64,000 nucleotides of DNA from Actinomycetota bacterium (GTDB lineage: Bacteria; Actinomycetota; Acidimicrobiia; IMCC26256; VFJJ01), in contig VFJJ01000026.1 in assembly GCA_009886115.1 (NCBI GenBank), positions 1 through 64,000 on the forward strand. The letters run 5' to 3'. A program made the translations under genes and the position numbers. The notes under the pieces are model-generated. The model did not search any database and was not told the origin of the DNA. It worked only from the letters and a program-made list of their open reading frames with translations. Positions 50,238-60,071 of this stretch are shown here, one piece after another; positions within the stretch are counted from its first letter, which is position 1; each line of letters opens with the position of its first letter.

Positions 50238-51356
50238 GTGAAGAAGAACAAGTCCTGGCGGGTACTCCTCGCCCTCCTCGCAACGCTGACCATGGTGGCA
50301 GCAGCGTGTGGGGACGATGACGACGACACCACCGCTCCTGCCGACACCACCGCTCCTGCCGACACCACGACCGCACCCGCGGCCGCCACCACGGCCCCTC
50401 CGGCCGCCTCGGCGATATCGGTCGGGTTGGTCTACGACACCACCGGACGTGGCGACCAATCGTTCAACGATGCCGCCGCCGCTGGTGGAGACCAGGCGAC
50501 CGCTGAGTTGGGCGTCGAGTTCAGCGAGGCCACGCCCAACGCCGACGGCTCCAACCGGGCCGAGCTCCTGCAGCTCCAAGCCGACACGAACCCGCTCGTG
50601 TTCGGGATCGGGTTCCTCTTCGCCGACGAGATCAACGGCGTGGCCCTGGCGAATCCCACGGTGAACTTCGCAGTGGTCGACGGTGTACCGACCGAAGACC
50701 CGGCCCCGAACCTGGCCCTGCTGCTCTTCGCCGAGCACGAGGGCTCGTTCCTGATGGGTGCGGCCGCGGCGCTCAAGAGCGAGACGGGCACCATCGGGTT
50801 CATCGGTGGTGTCAACGTCGATCTCATCAAGAAGTTCGAGGCTGGATTCACAGCCGGCGCCCAGTACATCAACCCCGACATCGAGGTGCTCGCCGAGTAC
50901 ATCACCCAGCCGCCCGACTTCACCGGCTTCAACTCACCCGACCGGGGCAAGGAGATCGGCCTGTCGATGTACGACGACGGCGCCGACATCGTCTATGCCG
51001 CAGCCGGCGGGTCCGGTGGCGGGCTCTTCGAGGCGGCTAAGGAGTTCTCCGAGGGCGGGGACTCGAAGGTCTGGGCGATCGGCGTCGACTCCGACCAGTA
51101 CAACATCGTCGATCCGGCCGTGCGGGACTATATCCTCACCTCGATGCTCAAGCGGGTCGACGTTGCGGTGTTCAACACCATCGAGGCCGCCAACAGCGGG
51201 GCCTTTGTGCCCGGTTTCAACATCTTCAACCTGGCGGTCGACGGCGTGGGCTACTCGACGAGCGGCGGCTTCGTCGACGACATCACCGGGGACCTCGAGG
51301 ACATCAAGGCCAAGATCATCAGTGGCGAGATCGTCGTTCCCGAGACGCTCGCTTGA
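50238..51356 (+). CDS. BMP-family nucleoside-binding lipoprotein
   Basis: VAAAC lipobox, GRGDQSFND, FAEHEGSFL, AIGVDSDQ, SMLKRVD. Confidence 0.92.
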   Translation: MKKNKSWRVLLALLATLTMVAAACGDDDDDTTAPADTTAPADTTTAPAAATTAPPAASAISVGLVYDTTGRGDQSFNDAAAAGGDQATAELGVEFSEATPNADGSNRAELLQLQADTNPLVFGIGFLFADEINGVALANPTVNFAVVDGVPTEDPAPNLALLLFAEHEGSFLMGAAAALKSETGTIGFIGGVNVDLIKKFEAGFTAGAQYINPDIEVLAEYITQPPDFTGFNSPDRGKEIGLSMYDDGADIVYAAAGGSGGGLFEAAKEFSEGGDSKVWAIGVDSDQYNIVDPAVRDYILTSMLKRVDVAVFNTIEAANSGAFVPGFNIFNLAVDGVGYSTSGGFVDDITGDLEDIKAKIISGEIVVPETLA

Positions 51357-51409
51357 TCGTTCCCCAACGGGAGCTCTAGCTCGTTAGAGGTTGCACCACA
51401 CATGACGCC

Positions 51410-51445
51410 CTGCGGGGGGTCGGGCTACGGTTCGGCTCCTCGCAG
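51410..51445 (+). terminator. intercistronic RNA hairpin with a C(UACG)G tetraloop
   Basis: ctgcggggggtcgggc-tacg-gttcggctcctcgcag forms a 16-bp stem with several G-U pairs, so it folds fully only on the + strand. Confidence 0.65.
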
Positions 51446-51468
51446 TGCGTTCGGAAGGGGGACCGATC

Positions 51469-52995
51469 GTGACCGCCGCCGTCGAGCTCCAGGGAATCAC
51501 CAAGCGGTTTCCCGGCGTCGTCGCCAACGACGGGGTGACGTTCAGCGTCGAGTCAGGGGAGATCCACGCGCTCTGTGGTGAGAACGGCGCCGGGAAGTCG
51601 ACGCTGATGAAGATCCTCTACGGGATGCAGCCGCCTGATGAGGGAACGATGTCGGTCGACGGACGACCCGTCCACCTGCGCTCACCCAAGGACGCCATCG
51701 CGCTCGGGATCGGCATGGTGCACCAGCATTTCATGCTGGCCGACAACTTCACCGTCCTCGAGAACATCATCTTGGGCTCCGAGCCGTCGAAAGGGGCCGG
51801 CGTGCTCGATCTCACGGCCGCGCGGGCCCGGGTCGAGGAGCTCAGTCGGGCCTACGGCCTGGACATCCACCCCGACCAGGTCGTCGAGGACCTCGAGGTC
51901 GGCGAACGCCAGCGGGTCGAGATCATCAAGGTGCTCTTCCGGGGAGCCCGCATCCTGATACTCGACGAGCCGACCGCGGTCCTCGTCCCCGACGAGGTCG
52001 ACGAGCTGTTCCGCAACCTCAGGGAGCTCAAGGCCAACGGGGTCACGGTGATCTTCATCGACCACAAGCTCGACGAGGTCCTCGAGATCTCCGACCGCAT
52101 CACCGTGCTGCGGGCTGGTCGGACCGTCGGCACCCGTGACGCTGGTTCGGTGACCGCCGCAGAGCTGGCCGAGATGATGGTCGGCTCCGAGCTCCCGAGC
52201 CCGGCAACCGGTGAGACCACCGTCACCGATTCGGTGGCGTTCGCCGTTCGGGGCTTGACGATCGCCGGCGACGGTGGACGGGCGATCGTCGATTCCATCG
52301 ACATGACCGTCAGGCGGGGCGAGGTCGTGGGGGTCGCCGGGGTCGAGGGCAACGGGCAGGCCGAGCTCATCGAGGCCTTGCTGGGGCTGCGACACGCCCA
52401 GGGGACCATCGAGCTCGATGGCACCGACATCTCCCACTGGTCGGTTCGGCGGCGGCGCAACGCCGGGCTCGGCTACATCCCCGAGGATCGCCACCGTCGC
52501 GGGCTCATGCTCGACGCGCCGCTCTGGGAGAACGCCATGCTCGGCCATCAGGCCCGATCGCCCAATGCGCGAGGGATCTGGATCGACCGGGCTGGGGCCC
52601 GGGGCCGAACCGAGGAGATCGTCGAGCGCTACGACGTCAGGACACCCAACATCGACGTCACCGCTCGGGCGCTCTCGGGAGGGAACCAGCAGAAGCTCAT
52701 CATCGGGCGTGAGATGCTGGCGGAGCCCAAGGTCCTCATCGCGGCCCATCCGACGCGAGGCATCGATGTCGGGGCCCAGGCTTCGGTGTGGAACCTCCTC
52801 CGCCAGGCCCGCAGGGACGGTCTGGCGGTCGTGCTCGTCTCAGCCGACCTCGACGAGCTCATCGGGTTGTCAGACACGCTGGTCGTCATGCTTCGAGGCC
52901 GCTTGGTCGCCACGCTCGACCCGGCCCGGGTGACCCCGAGGGAGCTGGGATCCTGGATGACCGGGGCCGCGCTCGACACTGGAGACGCCGCATGA
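51469..52995 (+). CDS. nucleoside ABC importer, tandem ATP-binding protein
   Basis: GENGAGKS, MVHQHF, LDEPTAVL, LSGGNQQK. Confidence 0.93.
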   Translation: MTAAVELQGITKRFPGVVANDGVTFSVESGEIHALCGENGAGKSTLMKILYGMQPPDEGTMSVDGRPVHLRSPKDAIALGIGMVHQHFMLADNFTVLENIILGSEPSKGAGVLDLTAARARVEELSRAYGLDIHPDQVVEDLEVGERQRVEIIKVLFRGARILILDEPTAVLVPDEVDELFRNLRELKANGVTVIFIDHKLDEVLEISDRITVLRAGRTVGTRDAGSVTAAELAEMMVGSELPSPATGETTVTDSVAFAVRGLTIAGDGGRAIVDSIDMTVRRGEVVGVAGVEGNGQAELIEALLGLRHAQGTIELDGTDISHWSVRRRRNAGLGYIPEDRHRRGLMLDAPLWENAMLGHQARSPNARGIWIDRAGARGRTEEIVERYDVRTPNIDVTARALSGGNQQKLIIGREMLAEPKVLIAAHPTRGIDVGAQASVWNLLRQARRDGLAVVLVSADLDELIGLSDTLVVMLRGRLVATLDPARVTPRELGSWMTGAALDTGDAA

Positions 52996-54122
52996 CCGCG
53001 GCACGTCGCAGCCGGTCCGAGCTCCTCCTCGGGTTCGCCGCCCCGGTGGCCGCCGTGCTGATAGCGCTCGTTGTTGCGTCCATCGTGCTGATGATCTCTG
53101 GGAGCAACCCCCTCGATGCCTGGGCCAGCATGTGGGAATTCGGGACCCGTCTCGAGACCAGCGTCGATGCGATCAATCGAGCCGTTCCGCTGTACATCGC
53201 GGGGATCGCCGTGGCGCTGGGCTTTCGGATGAACCTGTTCAACATCGGCGTCGAAGGTCAGTACATCCTCGCTGCGCTGGTCGCGACTGAGGTGGGGACC
53301 AAGATCGACCTCCCCGGCCCGCTGCACGTCGCGGTCATCGTGCTGGTCGCCATGTCGGTCGGGGCGGCCTGGGCCGCCGTCCCGGCGATCCTCAAGGTGA
53401 CCCGGGGCGTCAACGAGGTGATCGCCACGATCATGTTGAATGCCATCGGCGTCTCGTTCGTCGCCGCCGAGCTCCTCGGGCGGTGGGACAGTGCCGGCCA
53501 GGACACCCGGACCGCCGACATCGGGGAATCGGGCCACGTCCCCGGCATCAACTGGCTCCTGGAGATCTTCACCAGGGACGTGGGCAAGGGTCGCGAGCTG
53601 TACGGGTTCCTTTTCGTGGCCATCGCCGTCGGCATCGGGTATCACGTCCTGCTCACCCGCACGGTCTTCGGCTACGACCTCCGGGCGAGCGGAGCCAACC
53701 CGAGCGCGGCCGAGGCGAGCGGTGTCCCGTCCAAGCGCATGATCCTGGCCGCCATGATCGGCTCGGGGGCCATCGCCGGGCTCATCGGCCTGCCCGACAT
53801 CCTCGGCGAGCTGTACCACTACGGCGGCGACTTCTCGCAGGGCTTGGGATTCCTGGGGATCGCCGTTGCTCTGCTGGGTCGAAACCATCCTGGCGGCATC
53901 GTCGCGGCCGCGTTGATCTTCGGCTACCTCGACGCCAGCTCCCCGATCCTCGAGGTCGAGGGTGACGCGCCGCGCGAGATCGTGACGATCATGAAGGGCG
54001 TGATCATCTTCGCTGCGGTGGTGGCATACGCGGTGACCGAGCGGTCGAGGCGGCGGCGCCAGGTCGCGGCGGCGGCCGACGCGGTGCCGACGACCTCGAC
54101 CGAGATCGGGGCGAACCCATGA
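52992..54122 (+). CDS. nucleoside ABC importer permease 1
   Basis: LFNIGVEGQ, GVNEVIATIMLN, GIAVALLGRNHP. Confidence 0.92.
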   Translation: MTAARRSRSELLLGFAAPVAAVLIALVVASIVLMISGSNPLDAWASMWEFGTRLETSVDAINRAVPLYIAGIAVALGFRMNLFNIGVEGQYILAALVATEVGTKIDLPGPLHVAVIVLVAMSVGAAWAAVPAILKVTRGVNEVIATIMLNAIGVSFVAAELLGRWDSAGQDTRTADIGESGHVPGINWLLEIFTRDVGKGRELYGFLFVAIAVGIGYHVLLTRTVFGYDLRASGANPSAAEASGVPSKRMILAAMIGSGAIAGLIGLPDILGELYHYGGDFSQGLGFLGIAVALLGRNHPGGIVAAALIFGYLDASSPILEVEGDAPREIVTIMKGVIIFAAVVAYAVTERSRRRRQVAAAADAVPTTSTEIGANP

Positions 54123-55324
54123 GCGAGCGCGGCCTGACCGACGCTGCGCTCCCCGGCTCACCGGGCCGGGTCGATCTCGCTCACCTCTGGAAGCAGCGGT
54201 GGTTCCGCTGGCCCGTCTTCGCGCTGGGCGGGATGATCGTCCTGCAGCTCGTCGAGTGGATCGCCGATCCCGAATCCGAGGAACTCCTCTCGGGCGGCCA
54301 GGCCGGGGCCATGCTTCGTTGGTCGGTTCCCCTGCTCCTCGCCGGGCTGGGCGGGATGTTCGCCGAGCGAGCCGGGATCGTGAACATCGGGCTCGAGGGG
54401 ATGATGGTCCTCGGGACGTGGTTCGGGGCCTGGGGATCCGTGAAGTACGGACCGGTGATCGGCACGGCGATCGGTCTGCTGGGAGGAGCGCTGGGTGGGC
54501 TTCTCCACGCCATCGCCACCGTCAGCTTCGGCGTCAACCACATCATCTCGGCCGTGGCGATCAACATCATGGCCCCCGGCGTCACCCGCTTCCTGGCCGA
54601 CGAGATCTTCAGCGGATACGCGGGCGGCAGCATCTCGCAGTCTCCGCGCGTTGCCTCGTTCGGCTCGGTCGAGCTCCCGGTGCTCGATCGCGTCAGCTGG
54701 CTGACGATCATCGCCTTCGCGTTCGTCCCGCTGGCGTGGTACGTGCTGTGGCGAACGCGCTTCGGTCTTCGCCTGCGCGCTGCGGGCGAGCACCCCTCGG
54801 CCGGTGACTCGCTCGGGGTCAACGTCTACCGCTACCAGTATGCCGGGGTCGTGATCTCGGGCGCGCTGGCCGGTCTAGCCGGGTCGTTCATCGTGACCGA
54901 GCTGACCGGGATCTACCGGGAGGGTCAGACCAACGGGCGCGGCTTCATCGGGTTGGCGACGATGATCTTCGGCAACTGGCGTCCAGGCGGAACGGCGTTG
55001 GGGGCCCTCCTCTTCGGCTATGCCGACGGCCTCCAGCTCCGCGACCGCGACGGCGTGCACGCGCTGCTGCTCGTCGGCGTCGTCGTCCTGGCCGTCCTCG
55101 CCCTGCGGCGGGCCCTCAGCCCGAAGCGGACGGTCGTGGAGGTCGGGCTTCCCGCAGTGATCGCGACGTTGATCGTGGTCTGGTACCTGCTCCGCGACAC
55201 GGTGCCGCCGACCTTCAACCAGGTGACCCCGCACATCCTCACCCTGGTGGTGCTGGTGTTCTCAGCCGGCCGCTTGCGCCCGCCCAAGGGTGCCGGGCAG
55301 ATCTGGCGCAAGGGCGAACATTGA
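54119..55324 (+). CDS. nucleoside ABC importer permease 2
   Basis: ERAGIVNIGLEG, RAAGEHP, GRGFIGLATMIFGNW. Confidence 0.92.
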   Translation: MSERGLTDAALPGSPGRVDLAHLWKQRWFRWPVFALGGMIVLQLVEWIADPESEELLSGGQAGAMLRWSVPLLLAGLGGMFAERAGIVNIGLEGMMVLGTWFGAWGSVKYGPVIGTAIGLLGGALGGLLHAIATVSFGVNHIISAVAINIMAPGVTRFLADEIFSGYAGGSISQSPRVASFGSVELPVLDRVSWLTIIAFAFVPLAWYVLWRTRFGLRLRAAGEHPSAGDSLGVNVYRYQYAGVVISGALAGLAGSFIVTELTGIYREGQTNGRGFIGLATMIFGNWRPGGTALGALLFGYADGLQLRDRDGVHALLLVGVVVLAVLALRRALSPKRTVVEVGLPAVIATLIVVWYLLRDTVPPTFNQVTPHILTLVVLVFSAGRLRPPKGAGQIWRKGEH

Positions 55325-55776
55325 CGACCGCGTCGAAAGCGTCGACCGGGGAGGCGATCGACTGGGGGGCATTGCACACCGCAGCCGTCGCTGTGGCCCA
55401 ACGGGCTCATGCGCCGTACTCCCATCTCCACGTCGGCGCCGCCGGGCTGGTCGACGACGGGCGCATCGTCACCGGGTGCAACGTCGAGAACGCCTCGTAC
55501 GGGCTCACGCTGTGCGCCGAGTGCGGGCTGGTGTCGGCGTTGCATGCAACGGGGGGCGGACGGCTCGTGGCCGTGACCATCGTCGACGGTGGGGGAGCGC
55601 CCCTCATGCCGTGCGGCCGGTGCCGGCAGCTGCTGTGGGAAGCCGGGGGAGCCGAGCTGCTCGTCGACGGCTCGGGCGCGCCGCAGCCGATGCGAGACAT
55701 CCTTCCCGGAGCCTTCGACGCCACCCACCTTCCCGATGTCCACCTTCCCCCGGCTGATTCGCAGGACGTGAGCTGA
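55321..55776 (+). CDS. cdd: cytidine deaminase
   Basis: APYS, GCNVENASYG, LCAEC, PCGRCRQ. Confidence 0.95.
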   Translation: MTTASKASTGEAIDWGALHTAAVAVAQRAHAPYSHLHVGAAGLVDDGRIVTGCNVENASYGLTLCAECGLVSALHATGGGRLVAVTIVDGGGAPLMPCGRCRQLLWEAGGAELLVDGSGAPQPMRDILPGAFDATHLPDVHLPPADSQDVS

Positions 55777-55779
55777 GGC

Positions 55780-57075
55780 ATGGACATCATCGACGTGATC
55801 CGCACCAAGCGCGACGGCGGCACGCTCTCCGACGAGCAGATCCGGTGGTTCATCGACGCGTACACCAAGGGGATCGTGGCCGACGAGCAGGCGTCAGCTC
55901 TGCTCATGGCCATCTTCTTCCGATCGCTCACGGCGCACGAGCTGGCCACATGGACCCGGGCCATGATCGACAGCGGCGAGCGGCTCGATCTGTCGACGGT
56001 GACCCGTCCCACCGTCGACAAGCACTCCACCGGCGGCGTGGGCGACAAGGTCTCGTTGATCCTCACGCCGCTCGTGGTGGCCTGCGGTGCGGCCGTCCCC
56101 CAGCTCTCGGGCCGGGGCCTGGGCCACACCGGCGGCACGCTCGACAAGATGGAATCGATCCCCGGTTGGCAGGCGCTCTTGTCAAACGAGCGCTTCGTCG
56201 AGATCCTGCGCACCAGCGGCGCGGTGATCGCTGCGGCCGGCGCGGGTCTGGCGCCCGCCGACCGGAAGCTCTATGCGCTGCGCGACGTCACCGGCACGGT
56301 CGAGTCGATCCCGCTCATCGCCTCGTCGATCATGTCGAAGAAGATCGCCGAAGGGACCTCGGCGCTCGTGCTCGACGTGAAGTTCGGCTCGGGGGCGTTC
56401 TTCCCCGACGTGGCCCAGGCTCGGGAGCTGGCCACCACCATGGTCGGGATCGGCAACGCCAACGGCGTCAAGACCGTGGCGTTGCTCACCGCCATGGAGA
56501 CCGTCCTCGGCCGGACCGCAGGCAACGCCCTCGAGGTCACCGAGTCGATCGCCTGCCTCCGAGGCGGTGGACCGGCCGACCTGGTCGAGGTCACCCTGGC
56601 GTTGGCCCGGGAGATGCTGGCGCTCGTGGGTCTGGGCCCGCTCGACACGCCGGGTGCCGTCGATCCCGCCACGGCGCTGGCCGACGGACGGGCCTACAGG
56701 GCGTGGTGCGAGATGGTCGCCGCCCAGGGGGGCGATCCCGACGCTCCGCTGCCGGTTGCGCCCCATCGGCACATCGTGGTCGCTCCCGGCAGCGGTGTGC
56801 TGAGCCGCCTCGATTGCCGAGCGGTGGGCATCGCAGCGTGGCGTCTCGGTGCCGGCCGGGCCCGCAAGGAGGACCCGGTGAGCGCCAGCGCCGGCATCGT
56901 TTGCCTCGCCAAGCCCGGCGACGCTGTGCGGGCCGGCGAGCCCTTGCTGGAGCTGCACGCCGACGATCCCGAGCGGTTCAGCGGTGCGCTCGCCGCGCTG
57001 GCCGACGGGGCGATCGCCGTCAGCGATGAGGCTCCGCCCGTGCCCCGGCTCGTCCTCGAACGGATCGCGTCGTGA
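55780..57075 (+). CDS. deoA: thymidine/pyrimidine-nucleoside phosphorylase
   Basis: DKHSTGGVGDK, SGRGLGHTGGTLDK, SIMSKK. Confidence 0.95.
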   Translation: MDIIDVIRTKRDGGTLSDEQIRWFIDAYTKGIVADEQASALLMAIFFRSLTAHELATWTRAMIDSGERLDLSTVTRPTVDKHSTGGVGDKVSLILTPLVVACGAAVPQLSGRGLGHTGGTLDKMESIPGWQALLSNERFVEILRTSGAVIAAAGAGLAPADRKLYALRDVTGTVESIPLIASSIMSKKIAEGTSALVLDVKFGSGAFFPDVAQARELATTMVGIGNANGVKTVALLTAMETVLGRTAGNALEVTESIACLRGGGPADLVEVTLALAREMLALVGLGPLDTPGAVDPATALADGRAYRAWCEMVAAQGGDPDAPLPVAPHRHIVVAPGSGVLSRLDCRAVGIAAWRLGAGRARKEDPVSASAGIVCLAKPGDAVRAGEPLLELHADDPERFSGALAALADGAIAVSDEAPPVPRLVLERIAS

Positions 57076-57128
57076 CCGGGGTCGCCCGGACTGCAACCCC
57101 CAACCCCAACCCCGACACCCCAACCCCT

Positions 57129-57181
57129 CCCAAATTTGTGCAACGAACGTCGCCCCGCGACGCTCGTTGCACAAATTTGGG
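57129..57181. repeat. palindromic element, family B
   Basis: cccaaatttgtgcaacgaacgtcgc-ccc-gcgacgctcgttgcacaaatttggg (one mismatch). Confidence 0.9.
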
Positions 57182-57200
57182 GGCGGATCGGACGATCGCG

Positions 57201-58040
57201 GTGATCACGGCCGAGCAACGCGAGCGCTATCAGACCGACGGGTACCTCGTGCTCGAAGGTTTCGTGACGCCCGCGGTGTGCGAGGCGCTCATGGCCCGTA
57301 GCGCCGAGCTGGTCGAGACGTTCGACCCGGCGAGCGTGCGGTCGATCTTCAGCACCCACGAACAGACCCGCACGTCCGACGAGTACTTCCTGAGCTCGGG
57401 AGACGAGATCCGCTTCTTCTTCGAGGAGAACGCCTTCGGCGCCGACGGCCAGCTCGCGCGGTCCAAGGAGCTCTCGCTCAACAAGTTGGGCCACGCCATG
57501 CACGACCTCGACCCGGTGTTCGAAGCGTTCTCGCACACGCCCGCGCTGGCCGAGCTGGCCCGTGATCTGGGGATGCGCGACGCCCGGGTGCTCCAGTCGA
57601 TGTACATCTTCAAGTCGCCCGCTCTGGGTGGCGAGGTGACGTTGCACCAGGACGCCACCTTCCTCTTTACCGATCCCATCACGGTGACGGGGTTCTGGTT
57701 CGCGTTGCAGGACGCCTCCATCGAGAACGGATGCCTGTGGGCCGTCCCGGGCGGGCATCGGCGCTTCCCCGTCCGCAAGCTCTTCAAGCGGGCACCGGGA
57801 GGCGGCACCGAGTTCGAGATCATTGATCCGGCCCCGATCCCGACCGACGGCGAGGTCGCGCTCGAGGTCCCGCAGGGCACGCTGATCGTGCTCGACGGGC
57901 AGCTTCCCCACCGTTCCGACGCCAACCGCTCGGCGCTCTCGCGTCACGCTTACTCGCTGCACGCCATCGAGGGCTGGGCCGAGTACCCCGGCTGGAACTG
58001 GCTGCACCGGCGGGATTCGATGCCCCTGCGTCCGTTCTAG
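57201..58040 (+). CDS. PhyH-family Fe(II)/2-oxoglutarate dioxygenase, PHYHD1-like (alternative start 57072)
   Basis: FFFEE, NKLGHAMHD, QSMYIFK, HQDATF (HxD), ENGCL, LPHRS..NRS..SRHAYSLH. Confidence 0.88.
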   Translation: MITAEQRERYQTDGYLVLEGFVTPAVCEALMARSAELVETFDPASVRSIFSTHEQTRTSDEYFLSSGDEIRFFFEENAFGADGQLARSKELSLNKLGHAMHDLDPVFEAFSHTPALAELARDLGMRDARVLQSMYIFKSPALGGEVTLHQDATFLFTDPITVTGFWFALQDASIENGCLWAVPGGHRRFPVRKLFKRAPGGGTEFEIIDPAPIPTDGEVALEVPQGTLIVLDGQLPHRSDANRSALSRHAYSLHAIEGWAEYPGWNWLHRRDSMPLRPF

Positions 58041-58044
58041 CCCC

Positions 58045-58091
58045 AAATTTGTGCAACGAACGTCGCCTGGCGACGTTCGTTGCACAAATTT
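58045..58091. repeat. palindromic element, family B
   Basis: aaatttgtgcaacgaacgtcgcc-t-ggcgacgttcgttgcacaaattt, 23-bp perfect arms starting 5 nt after the dioxygenase stop. Confidence 0.9.
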
Positions 58092-58144
58092 CGGGGGGAA
58101 ATCGGTCCGCGAGGGCAAGCGGCCTCAGGTCGCTACCATGAGTC

Positions 58145-59278
58145 ATGGCACGGACATCGAACATCGCTGGGGGACTGTCGCGGGCGGCGATCAAGCGGGC
58201 GCCCAAGGTGTTGCTGCACGATCACCTCGATGGCGGCGTCCGACCCGTCACGGTGATCGACCTGGCCTCCGAGCATGGCTACACGGGTCTGCCGACCACC
58301 GATCCCGACGATCTGGCGCTGGCGTTCACCCAGGGAGCTTCCCGCCACAGCCTCCCGCTGTACCTCGAGACCTTCACCCACACCGTGGGGGTCATGCAGC
58401 ACAAGGATGCCCTCACCCGGGTGGCGGCCGAGTGCGCCGAGGATCTGGCCGAGGACGGCGTCGTCTACGCCGAGGTGCGCTTCGCTCCCGAGCTGCACAT
58501 GGAGCAGGGGCTCACCCTCGACGAGGTGGTCGAGGCGGTGCTCGACGGTTTCCGGATCGGCAGCGCCGGGCGACCCATCACCATCGGAACACTCGTCACC
58601 GCGATGCGCACCGCCGCACGTTCGCACGAGATCGCCGAACTTGCCCTGCGCTGGCGCGACTTCGGTGTCGTCGGCTTCGACATCGCCGGCGAGGAGAAGG
58701 GGTACCCACCGAGCCGCCATCTCGACGCCTTCGAGCTCGTGCACCGCGAGAACTTCCACGTCACGATCCACGCCGGTGAGGCCTACGGGCTCCCGTCGAT
58801 CTGGGAGGCGCTGCAGGTGTGTGGCGCCGAGCGGCTCGGCCACGGCGTGCGAATCGTCGACGACATCACCATCGGCGACGACGGTGAGGCCCGGCTGGGC
58901 CTTCTGGCCAGCTTCGTGCGCGACCGGCGCATCCCGCTCGAGCTGTGCCCCACGTCGAACGTCCACACGAGCGCCGCGGCCTCGATCGCCGAGCATCCGA
59001 TCGGGCTCTTGCGCCGCTTGCGTTTCCGGGTCACCGTGAACACCGACAACCGACTGATGAGCGACGTCACGATGAGCGACGAGTTCGCCAACCTGGCCGA
59101 GGCGTTCGGGTATGGCTGGTACGACTTCGAGTGGCTGACCCTCAACGCCATGAAGAGCGCCTTCTGGCCCTTCGACCAGCGCCTGAAGATCATCGACACG
59201 GTCATCAAGCCGGGCTATGCGTCGTTGCAGCACTCCGAGGTCGGCAGCTCCGGGGGCCTCACCGTCTCGGGGCGATAG
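58145..59278 (+). CDS. add: adenosine deaminase
   Basis: [45 protein letters not shown] -10-like box at 58134-58139. Confidence 0.95.
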   Translation: MARTSNIAGGLSRAAIKRAPKVLLHDHLDGGVRPVTVIDLASEHGYTGLPTTDPDDLALAFTQGASRHSLPLYLETFTHTVGVMQHKDALTRVAAECAEDLAEDGVVYAEVRFAPELHMEQGLTLDEVVEAVLDGFRIGSAGRPITIGTLVTAMRTAARSHEIAELALRWRDFGVVGFDIAGEEKGYPPSRHLDAFELVHRENFHVTIHAGEAYGLPSIWEALQVCGAERLGHGVRIVDDITIGDDGEARLGLLASFVRDRRIPLELCPTSNVHTSAAASIAEHPIGLLRRLRFRVTVNTDNRLMSDVTMSDEFANLAEAFGYGWYDFEWLTLNAMKSAFWPFDQRLKIIDTVIKPGYASLQHSEVGSSGGLTVSGR

Positions 59279-59337
59279 CCGTCGGTGGAGCCCATTCGAC
59301 GGGCGCCCGTCACGCGGCGACTGGAAGACTGCTCGCC

Positions 59338-60069
59338 ATGATCGAGCGAGAGATCGATGTCGAGACGCCCGACGGTCTGATGAAGACCTTCGTCGTGCAC
59401 CCGGCACATGATGGACCGTCGCCGGTTGTGCTGTACCTCATGGACGCGCCGGGGATCCGTCCGGCCCTGCACGACATGGCGTCGCGGTTGGCGTCGGCCG
59501 GGTACTACGTCATGATGCCCTACCTGTTCTACCGGGGCGGGCCGTTCCGTACGTTCGGCCAATCAGACGAGGACATGCACGCCCGCCAGGAGCTCATGCA
59601 GACCGTGACGCCGACGAACATCGTGGGCGACGCCGCCGCTGTGTTGGATGTTGCCGCGAGTGATCCGGCAGCCCGCGGCGGCCCGGTGGGCGCCGTCGGG
59701 TTCTGCATGAGCGGCGGGCTGGTGGTCGCACTGGCCCGGAGCATGCCCGAACGCATCGCCGCGGTGGCGTCGATCCACGGCGCGTGGCTCGTGCGCGACA
59801 CCGTTGACTCGCCGCACGTCGGGCTGGAGACGGCGCGCGCTGAGGTGTACCTCGGTTGGGCCGACAACGACCCCACCGCCCCGACCGAGGACCTTCACGT
59901 CATGCGCGACGCCCTCGAGCGGGCTGGTGTGCGCTACACACTCGACTTCATCGCCGACGCGGTGCACGGCTACGCCCCACCGGGAACCGAGCGCTACAAC
60001 CGAGCAGCATCGGAGCTGCACTGGGAACGGGTCCATTCGCTGCTGCGGCGCACCCTGAAGGAGACCTGA
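59338..60069 (+). CDS. dienelactone hydrolase family protein
   Basis: MDAPGIR, GFCMSG, AVHGY. Confidence 0.88.
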   Translation: MIEREIDVETPDGLMKTFVVHPAHDGPSPVVLYLMDAPGIRPALHDMASRLASAGYYVMMPYLFYRGGPFRTFGQSDEDMHARQELMQTVTPTNIVGDAAAVLDVAASDPAARGGPVGAVGFCMSGGLVVALARSMPERIAAVASIHGAWLVRDTVDSPHVGLETARAEVYLGWADNDPTAPTEDLHVMRDALERAGVRYTLDFIADAVHGYAPPGTERYNRAASELHWERVHSLLRRTLKET

Positions 60070-60071
60070 CC

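Noticed and set aside
57129..58091. Family B pair as IS terminal inverted repeats
   Set aside because: Each copy is itself a palindrome, the enclosed gene is a dioxygenase rather than a transposase, and I saw no target-site duplication.
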